Shown in pieces: positions 39,600-49,186 of a stretch of DNA of 64,000 nt. The notes below the pieces were generated by a model. That model was given only the letters and a program-made list of their open reading frames with translations, made no database searches and had not been told where the DNA came from. How positions within the stretch are numbered: position 1 is the first letter of the stretch; each line of letters opens with the position of its first letter. The stretch is from a bacterium (GTDB lineage Bacteria; UBA8248), in contig CBDBZU010000004.1 in assembly GCA_965213625.1 (NCBI GenBank), positions 2,656,001-2,720,000 of the forward strand, in the 5' to 3' direction. The position numbers and the translations under genes were made by a program.

Positions 39600-41231
39600 T
39601 TAGAGTTTTTGAGATTTCCATGAGTAGAACGACAAGGCGTCCTCCGCCCACTGCGTGCAGTTCCGGCTGAATCTTTCCCAGCGGCTGTTGGCGCATTGGG
39701 CGCGGACGGGGTCTGCGTTGCCCTCGGCGATCAGGCCATTCATCGGCGAGAGGTCGAACTCGGCGCGAACCGGCACCCTGGCGCGCTCCTCGGGCTCGAG
39801 GAGAGTCAAAAAGCGCTCGAAAGCATCAAAGGCGCCGCAAAGCTTCTCGCACAACCGCTCCGCACCTCCCGCATACGCGACCAGGGACGGCGCCAACGGC
39901 GCATAGCGGTTCAGTTCCATGCCTCCTTCCGTGCGGTTCGTGATGCTGTCCACACCGACGACCCCGATGGATTCGTCCGAAAATTCCACAGGGAAGAGCC
40001 TGGCGTAAATCGTTTCTACAACCATTCCCTCACGGCTGAGCCTGAGATGCACGCGAACGCTGAAGAGACCGAAATCGATCCAGCTGCATATGAGTGGCTT
40101 GTAGCGTGCGTCGAATACCTGCTCATAGTTCTCGATGGCGCTCGCCAGGAGGCGAATCGAATCATCCCTGGAGCGGGAAGATTCACGCAGTTCGGATTCG
40201 AGTCTGGGCGCGCAGTTTCTGAGCATTTCCCCCAAAACATCAGGCGAAGCGCCGCCTCTCACCTTTTGGGTCTTGATGTAGGCTTTCGTGGTTGCCGGGC
40301 TGGCCTGGAAGCGATGTACGAGCCAGTCCATCGCTCGGAGGTGATCGGGGTTTTCCGCGTCAAGAGACAAGGGCAGGGGGGTCGCATTGTCCGTCGCGAC
40401 GCCGAGTCTGCTCAGGTCCGGAAGCCCGAACCCGTTGGGGTAGGCGTCCAGCCGGAAACATCCGCGTCCTCCGCCCCCTTCCTGCGGTTTGACGAAGAAA
40501 GTCCGCGCCCCCCATTTCTGCGACAAGGCGGAGGCGGAATCCAGAATGGCGGCGGCTGTGTCCGCAGGCCTTCCTCCGTTTAGTTCCACCACTTCATAGC
40601 CGGCCGTTAGGCGATGCCCGTCCGCTCCGGAAGATTGGGTGTCCTCTCCGTTTCCATTCAGGAGTTCATAGGTGGTTTTCTTGTTGGAAAGCGGCCCGCC
40701 GGGAGCGGTGATAGAGCCCGGCGCCACGACGATTCCCCGCTCCTCCAGAACCCTGGCGAGGGTAGCGTCGTAGAGGCTTCTCTGGGCGGTCTGGCTGATG
40801 ACGAGCAGTTCTTTCGGCGCCTTTGCGGCGCGCGCCAACAGTTCCTCCCGTCTGTTCAGGACCCTGACGGGGATGGACAAACCGAGTTGCTTCAAGTGTG
40901 CCCGCATCACCCGGGCCGTTTCCATGGTGAGGGGCAGTCGGCTCGGGGAGCCGTCCAGCAAAAGGATTTCTCCCGGACGCCGAAATGGTGGAGCGTCTTC
41001 CAGGATGCGCAAGTTTTCGAATCGGGGTTCACGCGACGCCCATCGGTTGAGGCTATCGATCAGGGTTTCGTTCAGATCGCCGTCAGACGAATCGAACTCC
41101 TGGCTCACGCGGTACAGATCCCAGGCGCCGCCGCTTGCATCGGGCGTGAGATTGTAGAGGGAAGGTTCCCGCGCGAGCAGGGGATGGCTTGGTGTTTTTT
41201 GCGAGGTCAAGGTTTCGCTCTTTATGTCCAA
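39600..41231 (-). CDS. Uncharacterised ATP-grasp-like protein
   Basis: NKKTTYELL, FFVKPQEGGGGRG loop, EFDL...AEGN (ExN-like) motif; long inserts. Confidence 0.6.
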   Translation of the reverse strand: MDIKSETLTSQKTPSHPLLAREPSLYNLTPDASGGAWDLYRVSQEFDSSDGDLNETLIDSLNRWASREPRFENLRILEDAPPFRRPGEILLLDGSPSRLPLTMETARVMRAHLKQLGLSIPVRVLNRREELLARAAKAPKELLVISQTAQRSLYDATLARVLEERGIVVAPGSITAPGGPLSNKKTTYELLNGNGEDTQSSGADGHRLTAGYEVVELNGGRPADTAAAILDSASALSQKWGARTFFVKPQEGGGGRGCFRLDAYPNGFGLPDLSRLGVATDNATPLPLSLDAENPDHLRAMDWLVHRFQASPATTKAYIKTQKVRGGASPDVLGEMLRNCAPRLESELRESSRSRDDSIRLLASAIENYEQVFDARYKPLICSWIDFGLFSVRVHLRLSREGMVVETIYARLFPVEFSDESIGVVGVDSITNRTEGGMELNRYAPLAPSLVAYAGGAERLCEKLCGAFDAFERFLTLLEPEERARVPVRAEFDLSPMNGLIAEGNADPVRAQCANSRWERFSRNCTQWAEDALSFYSWKSQKL

Positions 41232-42397
41232 AATACCGATTTGCGCTGGCGCATGAAATGTTTCATCACCCAGTCCGCAATGGCGCCGCCAACCGCGTTG
41301 TCCGTTGCGAGGGAGGAGGGGTTCGGGGCCATGCAGCTAAGAGCGCGTATCCCCGTCATGCGGTATGCCTCCTCGCGTACATGCGCTTCGTTGGCGAGCC
41401 GACCGGAAATGAGCATGTTTTCCTCATCCACCTCCAGGTGGCTTCGTATCCAATGAACGATGAGCGTTGATTCGAGCGTATCACATGCGCAGATAATCAG
41501 ACCTCTTCGCGCAAGCCAGTCTTTGACCCAGGGGTCACTCGCTACGTGTAGACTAGCGTCGGAAGATGGAGAGTCCGCCAATTCCGCGATGACGATTTCC
41601 GCCTTCGCGCTGGCGTGGCGAAGCAGGTTCTGGGCGCATCGTCTGACGCTGTGCATTGAGACGCCACACGTGGAAGCGAGCCCCGCGTCGACGAAATCCC
41701 ACCCAAGTCTCGCGGAATCGAAAAATCCGAGCGGTCTGCCGTAGTTCACCTGCATGAGATCCCGCATGCGTCCCGTTCCGGTCAATTTCACGTATGACAC
41801 GTGGATGCCCGAGGAGTGGAGGGCGGAGGCGAGCGAGGACGCGCAGGTCGTTTTACCCACGTCCATCTCGGAGCCGGTCACCAGTATGATGGGAGCGCAG
41901 GGAATTCCTTCTTCATCCACGTGGCACCGGGTATCGGGGATGACGGGAAGATCGGAAAGCCGGGCGGGTTCGCCTCGCAGCGCGACGCCCCCTTTCACCT
42001 CTATTTTCACGCACGGCGTTTCTGGGTTAGTGCGGACCCCGCAGACGCCGCCGACGTTCAACAGGTCGAGTACGACTCCGGGCTCTGCGGGCGAGTCCGG
42101 TTCGCGCCCCGAAACGCTGCGATTCGCATAGCGCGCACCGATCGTAACGACCATGTTCATTTTTTCCCGCAACTTTATTTCACTCGTCTTCCAGGCGTCT
42201 TCCGTTCCCTGGAGGATTTCGATAGTTTCCAGGCGATTGATGGGCGCATTCTCGGGCGCGGCGACGATTTCACCCAGCGCGATTCCATTTGCGTGGACGG
42301 GCCTGGGGTCAGGCGAGAAATCCGTCTCAAATGAATACGGGCTTTCCTGCGAGAGGAACAATCCTCGGGCGGTGGATGCGAAAAAATCTGTTTTCAA
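41222..42397 (-). CDS. DUF1611-like P-loop protein
   Basis: GARYA, LLNVGGVCG, VTGSEMDVGKTT, KLTGTG..RD, DFVDAGLAST, ELAD. Confidence 0.65.
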   Translation of the reverse strand: MKTDFFASTARGLFLSQESPYSFETDFSPDPRPVHANGIALGEIVAAPENAPINRLETIEILQGTEDAWKTSEIKLREKMNMVVTIGARYANRSVSGREPDSPAEPGVVLDLLNVGGVCGVRTNPETPCVKIEVKGGVALRGEPARLSDLPVIPDTRCHVDEEGIPCAPIILVTGSEMDVGKTTCASSLASALHSSGIHVSYVKLTGTGRMRDLMQVNYGRPLGFFDSARLGWDFVDAGLASTCGVSMHSVRRCAQNLLRHASAKAEIVIAELADSPSSDASLHVASDPWVKDWLARRGLIICACDTLESTLIVHWIRSHLEVDEENMLISGRLANEAHVREEAYRMTGIRALSCMAPNPSSLATDNAVGGAIADWVMKHFMRQRKSVFWT

Positions 42398-42410
42398 TTT
42401 TCACCTTGTC

Positions 42411-43874
42411 CTAAGCAGGAGAAAGAGCGAGCCGGCGCGTGAAAGTATCTATCATTTCCCGGGCGGCAGGGGATATCTGCTTTTCTCCCCCTTCATAGAT
42501 GGATGAAACGCCCTCGAGCTTACAGAACGCTCCCCTCGGTTCTACTATGGTTCCTTTCGCCGGAGGAGAGCAAGTGACGAGAACCTCATTGTGGCCTTGA
42601 ACGTCACTTAGTCGATAACCCCGCCGGATGAATTCAGGCATTCCATTTTGGATGATATAGATGCCGGGAGCGAGTGAATGGCCGATTTTCATTCGTGAAG
42701 CGCTCGTGTTTCGAATCAAGAGCTGGAAGCCTGATAAATCCGGTCGGCTGAGTTCGGCGAGCAAATCCCGGTGTGCGTCGAGAGCGTCGCCAGACTCCAG
42801 GAATTCGGCCAGATGCCAGAAGGTGGTAGTGGGAGCGCTGCTCTGGATTTCTTCGAGTTCGGTCATCAGTTGCGTGGTTCCCAGCACGCGCGGGTTGAGT
42901 TCGAGGGTATAGGGTTCGTCCTCATGGACGATAAAATCGACGCCGTAAATTCCCCGGTAGCCCGCCCCGGCTATCCACTCGCCGATTTTCAGGGTGAATG
43001 CCTCTATTTTCCGGCGGCTTTCCTCGGATACCAGCCGATACGCCGAATAGTCGCTGCCGGCGTAATCGAAGCGGTGCATGGAACATCCGGGGATTCCCGT
43101 GAACATCACCGAAGGGTGGGACATCCAGGGTTTTCCGTCATAAATCAACCCAGCCGTGCCGACGGCGGGACCGCTAAGGAACGTGCTCGCGATCACAGGC
43201 GCATCGGGCCCGAGTTTTTGGGTGAGTTCGTCACGTTTACGGGAAAGCGCCTCGGCTGAGTCGATGAAGTGCGTCTGATTGCCCGAGGAGCCGATTTTTT
43301 CCGAAATAATCATAACGGGTCCGAATTGTTCAAGCTGTTTGGACCCGAGTTCGCCCAGAGCCACCACGTCGCCCGGTGGGACGCTGAACCCCGCTTCGAT
43401 TGCCTGGCGACGGAAAGATACCTTGTCGTCGAATCTCGTCTTGATTTCCACCGGATTCGCCAGGATGCGTAGCCTCCCATCCGCTTCTTTGGCGAGTTTC
43501 CCCAGAAATTCCGTGGAGCGGTAGGGGATGACGTACCGTGGAGCTTCCCCTTGTGAGAGAAATTCCCGAATTTGCGAACCCAACGCTCCCTCGTACGCTT
43601 CAACGAGCGATGAGTGCGTCCACACGATGCGCTTGTTTTGCCCGCGCTCCACGGCGAAATAGCGCAGACGCCTGTCCCATTCAGGCCCGTCGAGTCCGTA
43701 GTCGCAGGCGATGAGGAAATCGAGGGGAACGATGTTCTCCATGGTGATCGAATCGACCGCGCGCAGTCCTTGGAAGCCGAACGTCGATCCGTCCGGAACG
43801 GCAGAGGTTAATACTTCATTGAAATAATTTTTATTATAGGAGGGCAAGGAGAGAATTCCTTCACCTAGAATCAT
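42411..43874 (-). CDS. ATP-grasp ligase
   Basis: DDKVSFRR, GSSGNQT, GYRGIYGVDFIV, ELNPR. Confidence 0.8.
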   Translation of the reverse strand: MILGEGILSLPSYNKNYFNEVLTSAVPDGSTFGFQGLRAVDSITMENIVPLDFLIACDYGLDGPEWDRRLRYFAVERGQNKRIVWTHSSLVEAYEGALGSQIREFLSQGEAPRYVIPYRSTEFLGKLAKEADGRLRILANPVEIKTRFDDKVSFRRQAIEAGFSVPPGDVVALGELGSKQLEQFGPVMIISEKIGSSGNQTHFIDSAEALSRKRDELTQKLGPDAPVIASTFLSGPAVGTAGLIYDGKPWMSHPSVMFTGIPGCSMHRFDYAGSDYSAYRLVSEESRRKIEAFTLKIGEWIAGAGYRGIYGVDFIVHEDEPYTLELNPRVLGTTQLMTELEEIQSSAPTTTFWHLAEFLESGDALDAHRDLLAELSRPDLSGFQLLIRNTSASRMKIGHSLAPGIYIIQNGMPEFIRRGYRLSDVQGHNEVLVTCSPPAKGTIVEPRGAFCKLEGVSSIYEGGEKQISPAAREMIDTFTRRLALSPA

Positions 43875-44065
43875 TACAAATGTCCAAGCGGCTCGGAAAT
43901 CAAAAACACGCGATTTTAATTCGATAGCCTCACGGATATCAACATAATTCGACGTTTCGGCAAACTATTATTTCCCTCAGTGCACTTCTGCAACTCACCG
44001 TGCGCTATGCTAGGATACGGAGCGTCTCGACCCCTATTACCGCCATCAGGCGCGGGAACTGGTGA

Positions 44066-44998
44066 ATGTCCGAAGATAGAATTATTTCTGAATCGGCTAT
44101 TGATTCGGATGAAAACCCCATGATGTCGGACTCGGAACTCAGGTGGGAGAAATTCCGCCGGAGCATGATGCGCGCCAAACCGGCGATGCTCGGTGGCGTT
44201 TTTCTCATTTTGCTGGTTGTCTTTTCTCTTTCGGCTCCTCTCATCGCGCCGCAAAACCCGAGTAAGGTGGACGTGAACCTGCGTCTGAAGCCTCCCGTTT
44301 GGGTGGAGGGAGGAAGCGCGAGCTATATGCTGGGTACCGACGCGCTGGGCCGGGATATTCTGAGCCGGCTCATTTATGGGGGCCGCGTCTCCATTCTGGT
44401 GGGCTTGAGTTCGGTGGTGATTTCGGGGGTAATCGGCATCGTTCTCGGTCTTGTTTCGGGCTTTTTCGGCGGTAAAATTGACGATCTCATCAGCGGGTTT
44501 TCCGAAATTCAACTGGCGTTTCCCTTTATTTTGCTGGCGATCACGATCATGGCGGTCATCGGGCCGGGTCTGCTCAACATCATTATCGTACTGGGGATCA
44601 GTCGGTGGGTGGCGTATGGCCGCGTGGTCAGGGGCCAGGTCATCTCGATAAGGGAGCGCGAATTTGTGGAGGCCACCCGCGCCCTGGGCTATCCCCTGTA
44701 CCGCATATTGTTCATGCAGATTTTGCCGAACACCCTCTCGCCTTTGATCGTCATCGCCACCTTCGCCGTGGCGGGGAACATAATTTCCGAATCCTCGCTA
44801 AGTTTTCTGGGACTCGGCGTTCCGCCTTCGGTCGTCACCTGGGGCGGTATGTTGTCCGAAGGGCGCGAATATCTGCGCGGCGCATGGTGGATGGCGACTT
44901 TTCCGGGCCTTGCCATCATGGCGACGGTTTTGAGCATCAACCTCATCGGCGACTGGCTGCGGGATTACATGGACCCCCGCCTCGGCGATGATATGTAG
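44066..44998 (+). CDS. Peptide/nickel ABC transporter permease (DppC-like)
   Basis: LGTDALGRD, EFVEATRALG, ESSLSFLGLG, GDWLRD..DP. Confidence 0.93.
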   Translation: MSEDRIISESAIDSDENPMMSDSELRWEKFRRSMMRAKPAMLGGVFLILLVVFSLSAPLIAPQNPSKVDVNLRLKPPVWVEGGSASYMLGTDALGRDILSRLIYGGRVSILVGLSSVVISGVIGIVLGLVSGFFGGKIDDLISGFSEIQLAFPFILLAITIMAVIGPGLLNIIIVLGISRWVAYGRVVRGQVISIREREFVEATRALGYPLYRILFMQILPNTLSPLIVIATFAVAGNIISESSLSFLGLGVPPSVVTWGGMLSEGREYLRGAWWMATFPGLAIMATVLSINLIGDWLRDYMDPRLGDDM

Positions 44999-45028
44999 GC
45001 GTTTTGCTTTTTTGAAGGAAATTTACGC

Positions 45029-46576
45029 ATGAAAAGGGCCTTGTTGTGTGGATTTTGCCTGCTGCTCGTGGCGCTCTCCGCCTGCGGCCGCGAAGCGAAA
45101 AAAGGGCCTTTCACGGTTATCCTCTCGGTGGAGGCCAATACGCTCGACCCTCATTTCGCCACCGCCACCATCGAGTGGAGCATCTTGATGAACATGTTCG
45201 ACCCGCTCATCGAGCGGCGTGGCGATATGACGCTGGGGCCTGCGCTGGCCGAGCGTTGGGAGGTGGATGATACAAAGAAGGTCTGGACGTTTCATCTGCG
45301 CAAGGGTGTGAAGTTTCATAACGGTGAGCCGTTCGATGCAGAATCCGTGCGTTACACCTTCGAGCGGATGCGGGATAAGAAGCTGAAGCCGCGAACCACG
45401 GTGTACAGGCGGATTTTCCTCGACAGGGTGGAGAAAGTGGATTCCCACACCGTGAAGATTCACACGAAGCGTCCGGTCGCCACCCTGCCGGTTTGGATGG
45501 TGAACGCTTTCATGCTGCCGCCGAAGTATTATTCGTCGACTCCGCCCAAGGAATTGTTGAAAAAACCTGTGGGAACGGGGCCTTATAAGCTGGTGAAATG
45601 GATCAAGGACGACCGCATCGAGATGGTGGCCAACAAGGGTTGGTGGCGGGGTGAGCCTGCGATAAAAAAGGTGTTCTGGAGGCCGGTGGCCGAGGCATCG
45701 GCCCGCATTGCGGAACTAGAGACGGGCGGGGCCGATATCATCATGAACATCTCGCCCGATCAGTCGAAAACCATTCTGGCGAGAGGAGAGGGCCTCCAGC
45801 TCAAGGGGACTCGGGGAGGCCGCAGGATTTATCTGGGGATTCGCACGGATCACGGGGTGCTGGGCGATGTGCGCATCCGCCGGGCGCTGAATCATGCGAT
45901 TGATTTCGAGGCCATCGCAAAAAACGTTTTTCTGGGCCATGGCTCACGCATGAAGAGCGTCGTGAACCCCCCGAACGCCGCCCCGGGCATGAAGGCGTAC
46001 GCCTATGATCCCCATAAAGCGAAAGCGCTCCTCGCCGAGGCCGGCCTGAAGGACACGGATGGGGACGGCGTGCTGGAAATGAATGGAAAACCATTTGAGA
46101 TAAAACTTGAAGTGCCTGCATCCAGGTATTTGAAAGGAAAAGAGATATCTGAATTTTTGGCTGCATATTTCCGCGCCGTGGGCGTCCACGTGGAGGTGAT
46201 TCCGCTGGAGTGGTCCGTTTTCCTCGCAAGAAGAAGAAAAAAGACGCTGGCGCCTTTGTATTTTCACGGGTTCAGTTCCGCCTTCAACGAAGAGCTCGAC
46301 CTGGGCGTGTTGAGACCCAACCTTTTCGCAAACCTCACCGCCTGGCGGAACCGGGAGTTTATCCAAAATTACAAAAGATTGGGCCAGACGTTCGATCCCG
46401 CTGAGCGCAGGCGGATCAGCTACCGGATGCAGCGCATTGTTCGCGCGGAAAGCCCTTGGGTGTTTTTGTGGAACCAGTATGATTTTTTCGGGTTAAGCGC
46501 GAGAACGCAGTGGACGCCGAGGCCGGATGAGAGAATCTACCTGCCCACGATTCGGTTGAAAGAAGCGAAACCATAA
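45029..46576 (+). CDS. Peptide ABC transporter substrate-binding lipoprotein (family 5)
   Basis: Lipobox LSAC, LRKGVKFHNG, PVGTGPY, RIRRALNHAID. Confidence 0.93.
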   Translation: MKRALLCGFCLLLVALSACGREAKKGPFTVILSVEANTLDPHFATATIEWSILMNMFDPLIERRGDMTLGPALAERWEVDDTKKVWTFHLRKGVKFHNGEPFDAESVRYTFERMRDKKLKPRTTVYRRIFLDRVEKVDSHTVKIHTKRPVATLPVWMVNAFMLPPKYYSSTPPKELLKKPVGTGPYKLVKWIKDDRIEMVANKGWWRGEPAIKKVFWRPVAEASARIAELETGGADIIMNISPDQSKTILARGEGLQLKGTRGGRRIYLGIRTDHGVLGDVRIRRALNHAIDFEAIAKNVFLGHGSRMKSVVNPPNAAPGMKAYAYDPHKAKALLAEAGLKDTDGDGVLEMNGKPFEIKLEVPASRYLKGKEISEFLAAYFRAVGVHVEVIPLEWSVFLARRRKKTLAPLYFHGFSSAFNEELDLGVLRPNLFANLTAWRNREFIQNYKRLGQTFDPAERRRISYRMQRIVRAESPWVFLWNQYDFFGLSARTQWTPRPDERIYLPTIRLKEAKP

Positions 46577-46577
46577 A

Positions 46578-47495
46578 ATGGGTGCTTATCTATTCAGACG
46601 TTTTCTCCGGGCCATCGTGGTCGTGGCCGGCGTGAGTTTCATCTCGTTCGCCGTATTGTTCCTGTCTGGCGACCCGACCGACACCATGGTGGGCGAGGAC
46701 TGGACGGTTGAGGAGGTCCAGAAACTCCGCGAGGACATGGGATTGGACAAGCCCTGGTTCGTGCAATACGGACGATACGTGGGCAGGGCAGTGCAGGGAG
46801 ATTTTGGAGAAAGCCTGCGATACCGCCAGCCCGCGTTCGAGCTCATCATGGAGCGTCTGCCCGCGACTCTCGAACTCGCCCTCGTGGCGCTGGTTCTCTC
46901 GATTATCCTGGCGTTTCCGCTAGGTGTCGTAAGCGCGACGCAGCGTGGCTCTCCATATGACCACGGGGGGATGCTTTTCGCGCTCCTGGGGCAATCTATG
47001 CCGGTTTTCTGGCTTGGCTTGATGCTGATCCTCATCTTCGGGGTGAGTTTGAGATGGCTGCCCGTCAGCGGTAGAAGCGGCTTGGAACATCTCGTACTGC
47101 CCGCCATCGCGCTCTCTACTTACTCGATCGCGAGAAACACGCGGGTAGTCCGAAGCTCCATGCTGGAAGTGCTCCGGCATGAATACGTGAAGACCGCCCG
47201 CGCGAAGGGGCTCTCCGAGTGGATCGTTATCAACCTGCACGTGCTCAGAAACTCCATGATCCCGGTCATCACGATAATCGGCCTGGAATTCGGGCATCTG
47301 CTGGGGGGTGCGGTAATCGTCGAGACGATTTTCTCCTGGCCGGGCGTGGGGAGGCTTCTCATTCAGGCCGTCTACGCCAAGGATTTCCCCCTGGTTCAGG
47401 CTTCGGTGACCATAACCGCCCTGATTTTCGTGTCTTTGAATCTCATTGTTGATCTGATGTATTCCGTCCTCGATCCCAGGGTGAGACTCCATTGA
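46578..47495 (+). CDS. Peptide ABC transporter permease (DppB-like)
   Basis: GDFGES, PVFWLG, YVKTARAKG, ETIFSWPG, DPR. Confidence 0.93.
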   Translation: MGAYLFRRFLRAIVVVAGVSFISFAVLFLSGDPTDTMVGEDWTVEEVQKLREDMGLDKPWFVQYGRYVGRAVQGDFGESLRYRQPAFELIMERLPATLELALVALVLSIILAFPLGVVSATQRGSPYDHGGMLFALLGQSMPVFWLGLMLILIFGVSLRWLPVSGRSGLEHLVLPAIALSTYSIARNTRVVRSSMLEVLRHEYVKTARAKGLSEWIVINLHVLRNSMIPVITIIGLEFGHLLGGAVIVETIFSWPGVGRLLIQAVYAKDFPLVQASVTITALIFVSLNLIVDLMYSVLDPRVRLH

Positions 47496-48430
47496 GCCGA
47501 ACCGCGTATTTCTGGACGCCCGAATCGCTCCTGCACGACAATGGCCGTCATGTGGAAAACGTCGAGCGCGCCAGACGCTTGACGTCCGAGAGGGTTCTCC
47601 CGCAAGTCCCATTGCTCATACACATGGAGAGAAAGCACCATGACGCTAGTGAGTGGGTTTTGCGGGTGCATGAGGAAGAACACCACCACTTTGTGCGCGA
47701 GGCGTGTGCGAGCGGCAGGTGCATTCTGGATGGCGGAGATACGCAGGCCGGTCCGGGAAGTTATGAGGCTGCGCTCGCTTCTGTGGATGCGGCCTTGAGC
47801 GCTGCGGACGCCGTCGTCTCCAGGGAGGTCGACAACGCCTTTTGCGCCGCCAGGCCGCCGGGCCACCATGCCTTGCCGTTTCAGTCGATGGGGTTTTGCC
47901 TGTTCGCCACAGCCTCAATACTGGTGCGGTATCTGCAGGAACAACATGGCCTCCAGAAAGTCGCCGTGGTGGATTGGGACGTTCATCATGGTAACGGAAC
48001 CCAGCATATCTTCTGGAGCGACCCGGACGTGTTATTCGTCTCCCTGCACCAGCATCCCCATTATCCCGGCACGGGGCTGGCTGGCGAAATCGGGGAAGGG
48101 GCGGGCGAGGGCAAGACGCTCAACATTCCCGTCGCGGCGGGAACCTCTGAGGAAGCGTATCTGGCGAAATTTGAGGAAAGCGTCATCCCCGCCATAGAGG
48201 CGCACGGCCCGGAAGCGATAGTCGTATCGGCGGGTTTCGACGCGCATCGAGACGACCCGCTCGGGGGGCTGATGATCACGGAAGCCGGTTTCGCCCAACT
48301 GACCCGGTGGGTGAAGGCGCTTGCGGAGGACCTCTGCGCGGGACGCCTCGTCTGCCTTCTCGAGGGCGGGTACAATCTCGACGCCCTCGAACGCTCCGTC
48401 GCCGCACACTTACGAGAACTCTCGGCATAA
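47492..48430 (+). CDS. Histone deacetylase family amidohydrolase
   Basis: RPPGHHA, GFC, DWDVHHGNGTQ, SAGFDAH..DP, LEGGY; TTGA overlap with the permease. Confidence 0.93.
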   Translation: MSRTAYFWTPESLLHDNGRHVENVERARRLTSERVLPQVPLLIHMERKHHDASEWVLRVHEEEHHHFVREACASGRCILDGGDTQAGPGSYEAALASVDAALSAADAVVSREVDNAFCAARPPGHHALPFQSMGFCLFATASILVRYLQEQHGLQKVAVVDWDVHHGNGTQHIFWSDPDVLFVSLHQHPHYPGTGLAGEIGEGAGEGKTLNIPVAAGTSEEAYLAKFEESVIPAIEAHGPEAIVVSAGFDAHRDDPLGGLMITEAGFAQLTRWVKALAEDLCAGRLVCLLEGGYNLDALERSVAAHLRELSA

Positions 48431-48470
48431 AGGATTTGTATGTTGGCGTGATGAATATTACGAAATAATT

Positions 48471-48486
48471 AGTTGACTGACTAACT
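48471..48486. promoter_or_regulatory. Imperfect palindrome AGTTGACTGACTAACT, candidate TetR operator
   Basis: In the AT-rich region upstream of the TetR gene. Confidence 0.4.
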
Positions 48487-48554
48487 TAAATATTTTATAT
48501 TTTTCTTGTTTGTTGTTTCTCACGAAGCGAATTTTCCATTTCCGGAGGCTGGTG

Positions 48555-49184
48555 ATGGTGGAAACAGCAATGGCGACGCCCAAAGGCCCCAAGGCCTCCG
48601 CGACGAAACAAAAAATCATAGAATCGGCCGCGCGGCTCATCTATCACAGAGGGTTTCACGCAACTTCGCTCGATATGGTGGCGCAATCCGCCCGGGTCAA
48701 CCGGGGGAGTCTGTATTATTTTTTTCGCTCCAAGAAGAACCTGGCGCTCGCCGTAATCGATCACTACGAATCGCTTCTTCATCAAAACTACCTCTCCTCC
48801 TCATTTGATATAGAGGCGAGGGGACGTCAGAAAATAAGACGTTTGGCGGAAGCCTACGCCCGCATGCCGATTCAGGATTCGCCGTGCTGCGGATGCCCGA
48901 TCGGAAATCTCTCTATCGAACTCAGCGCACTGGACGAAGAGATGCGCAAACGGCTGAAACAGGTGTGGGATGGGGTTTTTGCGAACATCGCTCGCGTATT
49001 GGCTCAAGCGCAAATAGAAGGGGATCTCCCAGGGGATGCCGACCCCCTCGTATACGCGCGTTCTTTTTTCTCACAAATTCAGGGCGCGCATATTATTGCG
49101 AGATGTTCACAGGATGAGCCGTCTTTACGTGAGGATTGCGAGCGTGCTTTTATGAGCCTGCCTTGGGTCCGGAAAGGGGAGTAG
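48555..49184 (+). CDS. TetR/AcrR family regulator (NemR-like C-terminal domain)
   Basis: RGFHATS..VNRGSLYYFFRSK HTH; CCGCPIGN; GGAGG RBS. Confidence 0.9.
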   Translation: MVETAMATPKGPKASATKQKIIESAARLIYHRGFHATSLDMVAQSARVNRGSLYYFFRSKKNLALAVIDHYESLLHQNYLSSSFDIEARGRQKIRRLAEAYARMPIQDSPCCGCPIGNLSIELSALDEEMRKRLKQVWDGVFANIARVLAQAQIEGDLPGDADPLVYARSFFSQIQGAHIIARCSQDEPSLREDCERAFMSLPWVRKGE

Positions 49185-49186
49185 AA

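Noticed and set aside
39600-43874. Cyanophycin synthetase or RiPP (graspetide/pheganomycin-type) cluster
   Set aside because: No Mur-ligase domain or cyanophycinase, and no convincing precursor peptide ORF nearby
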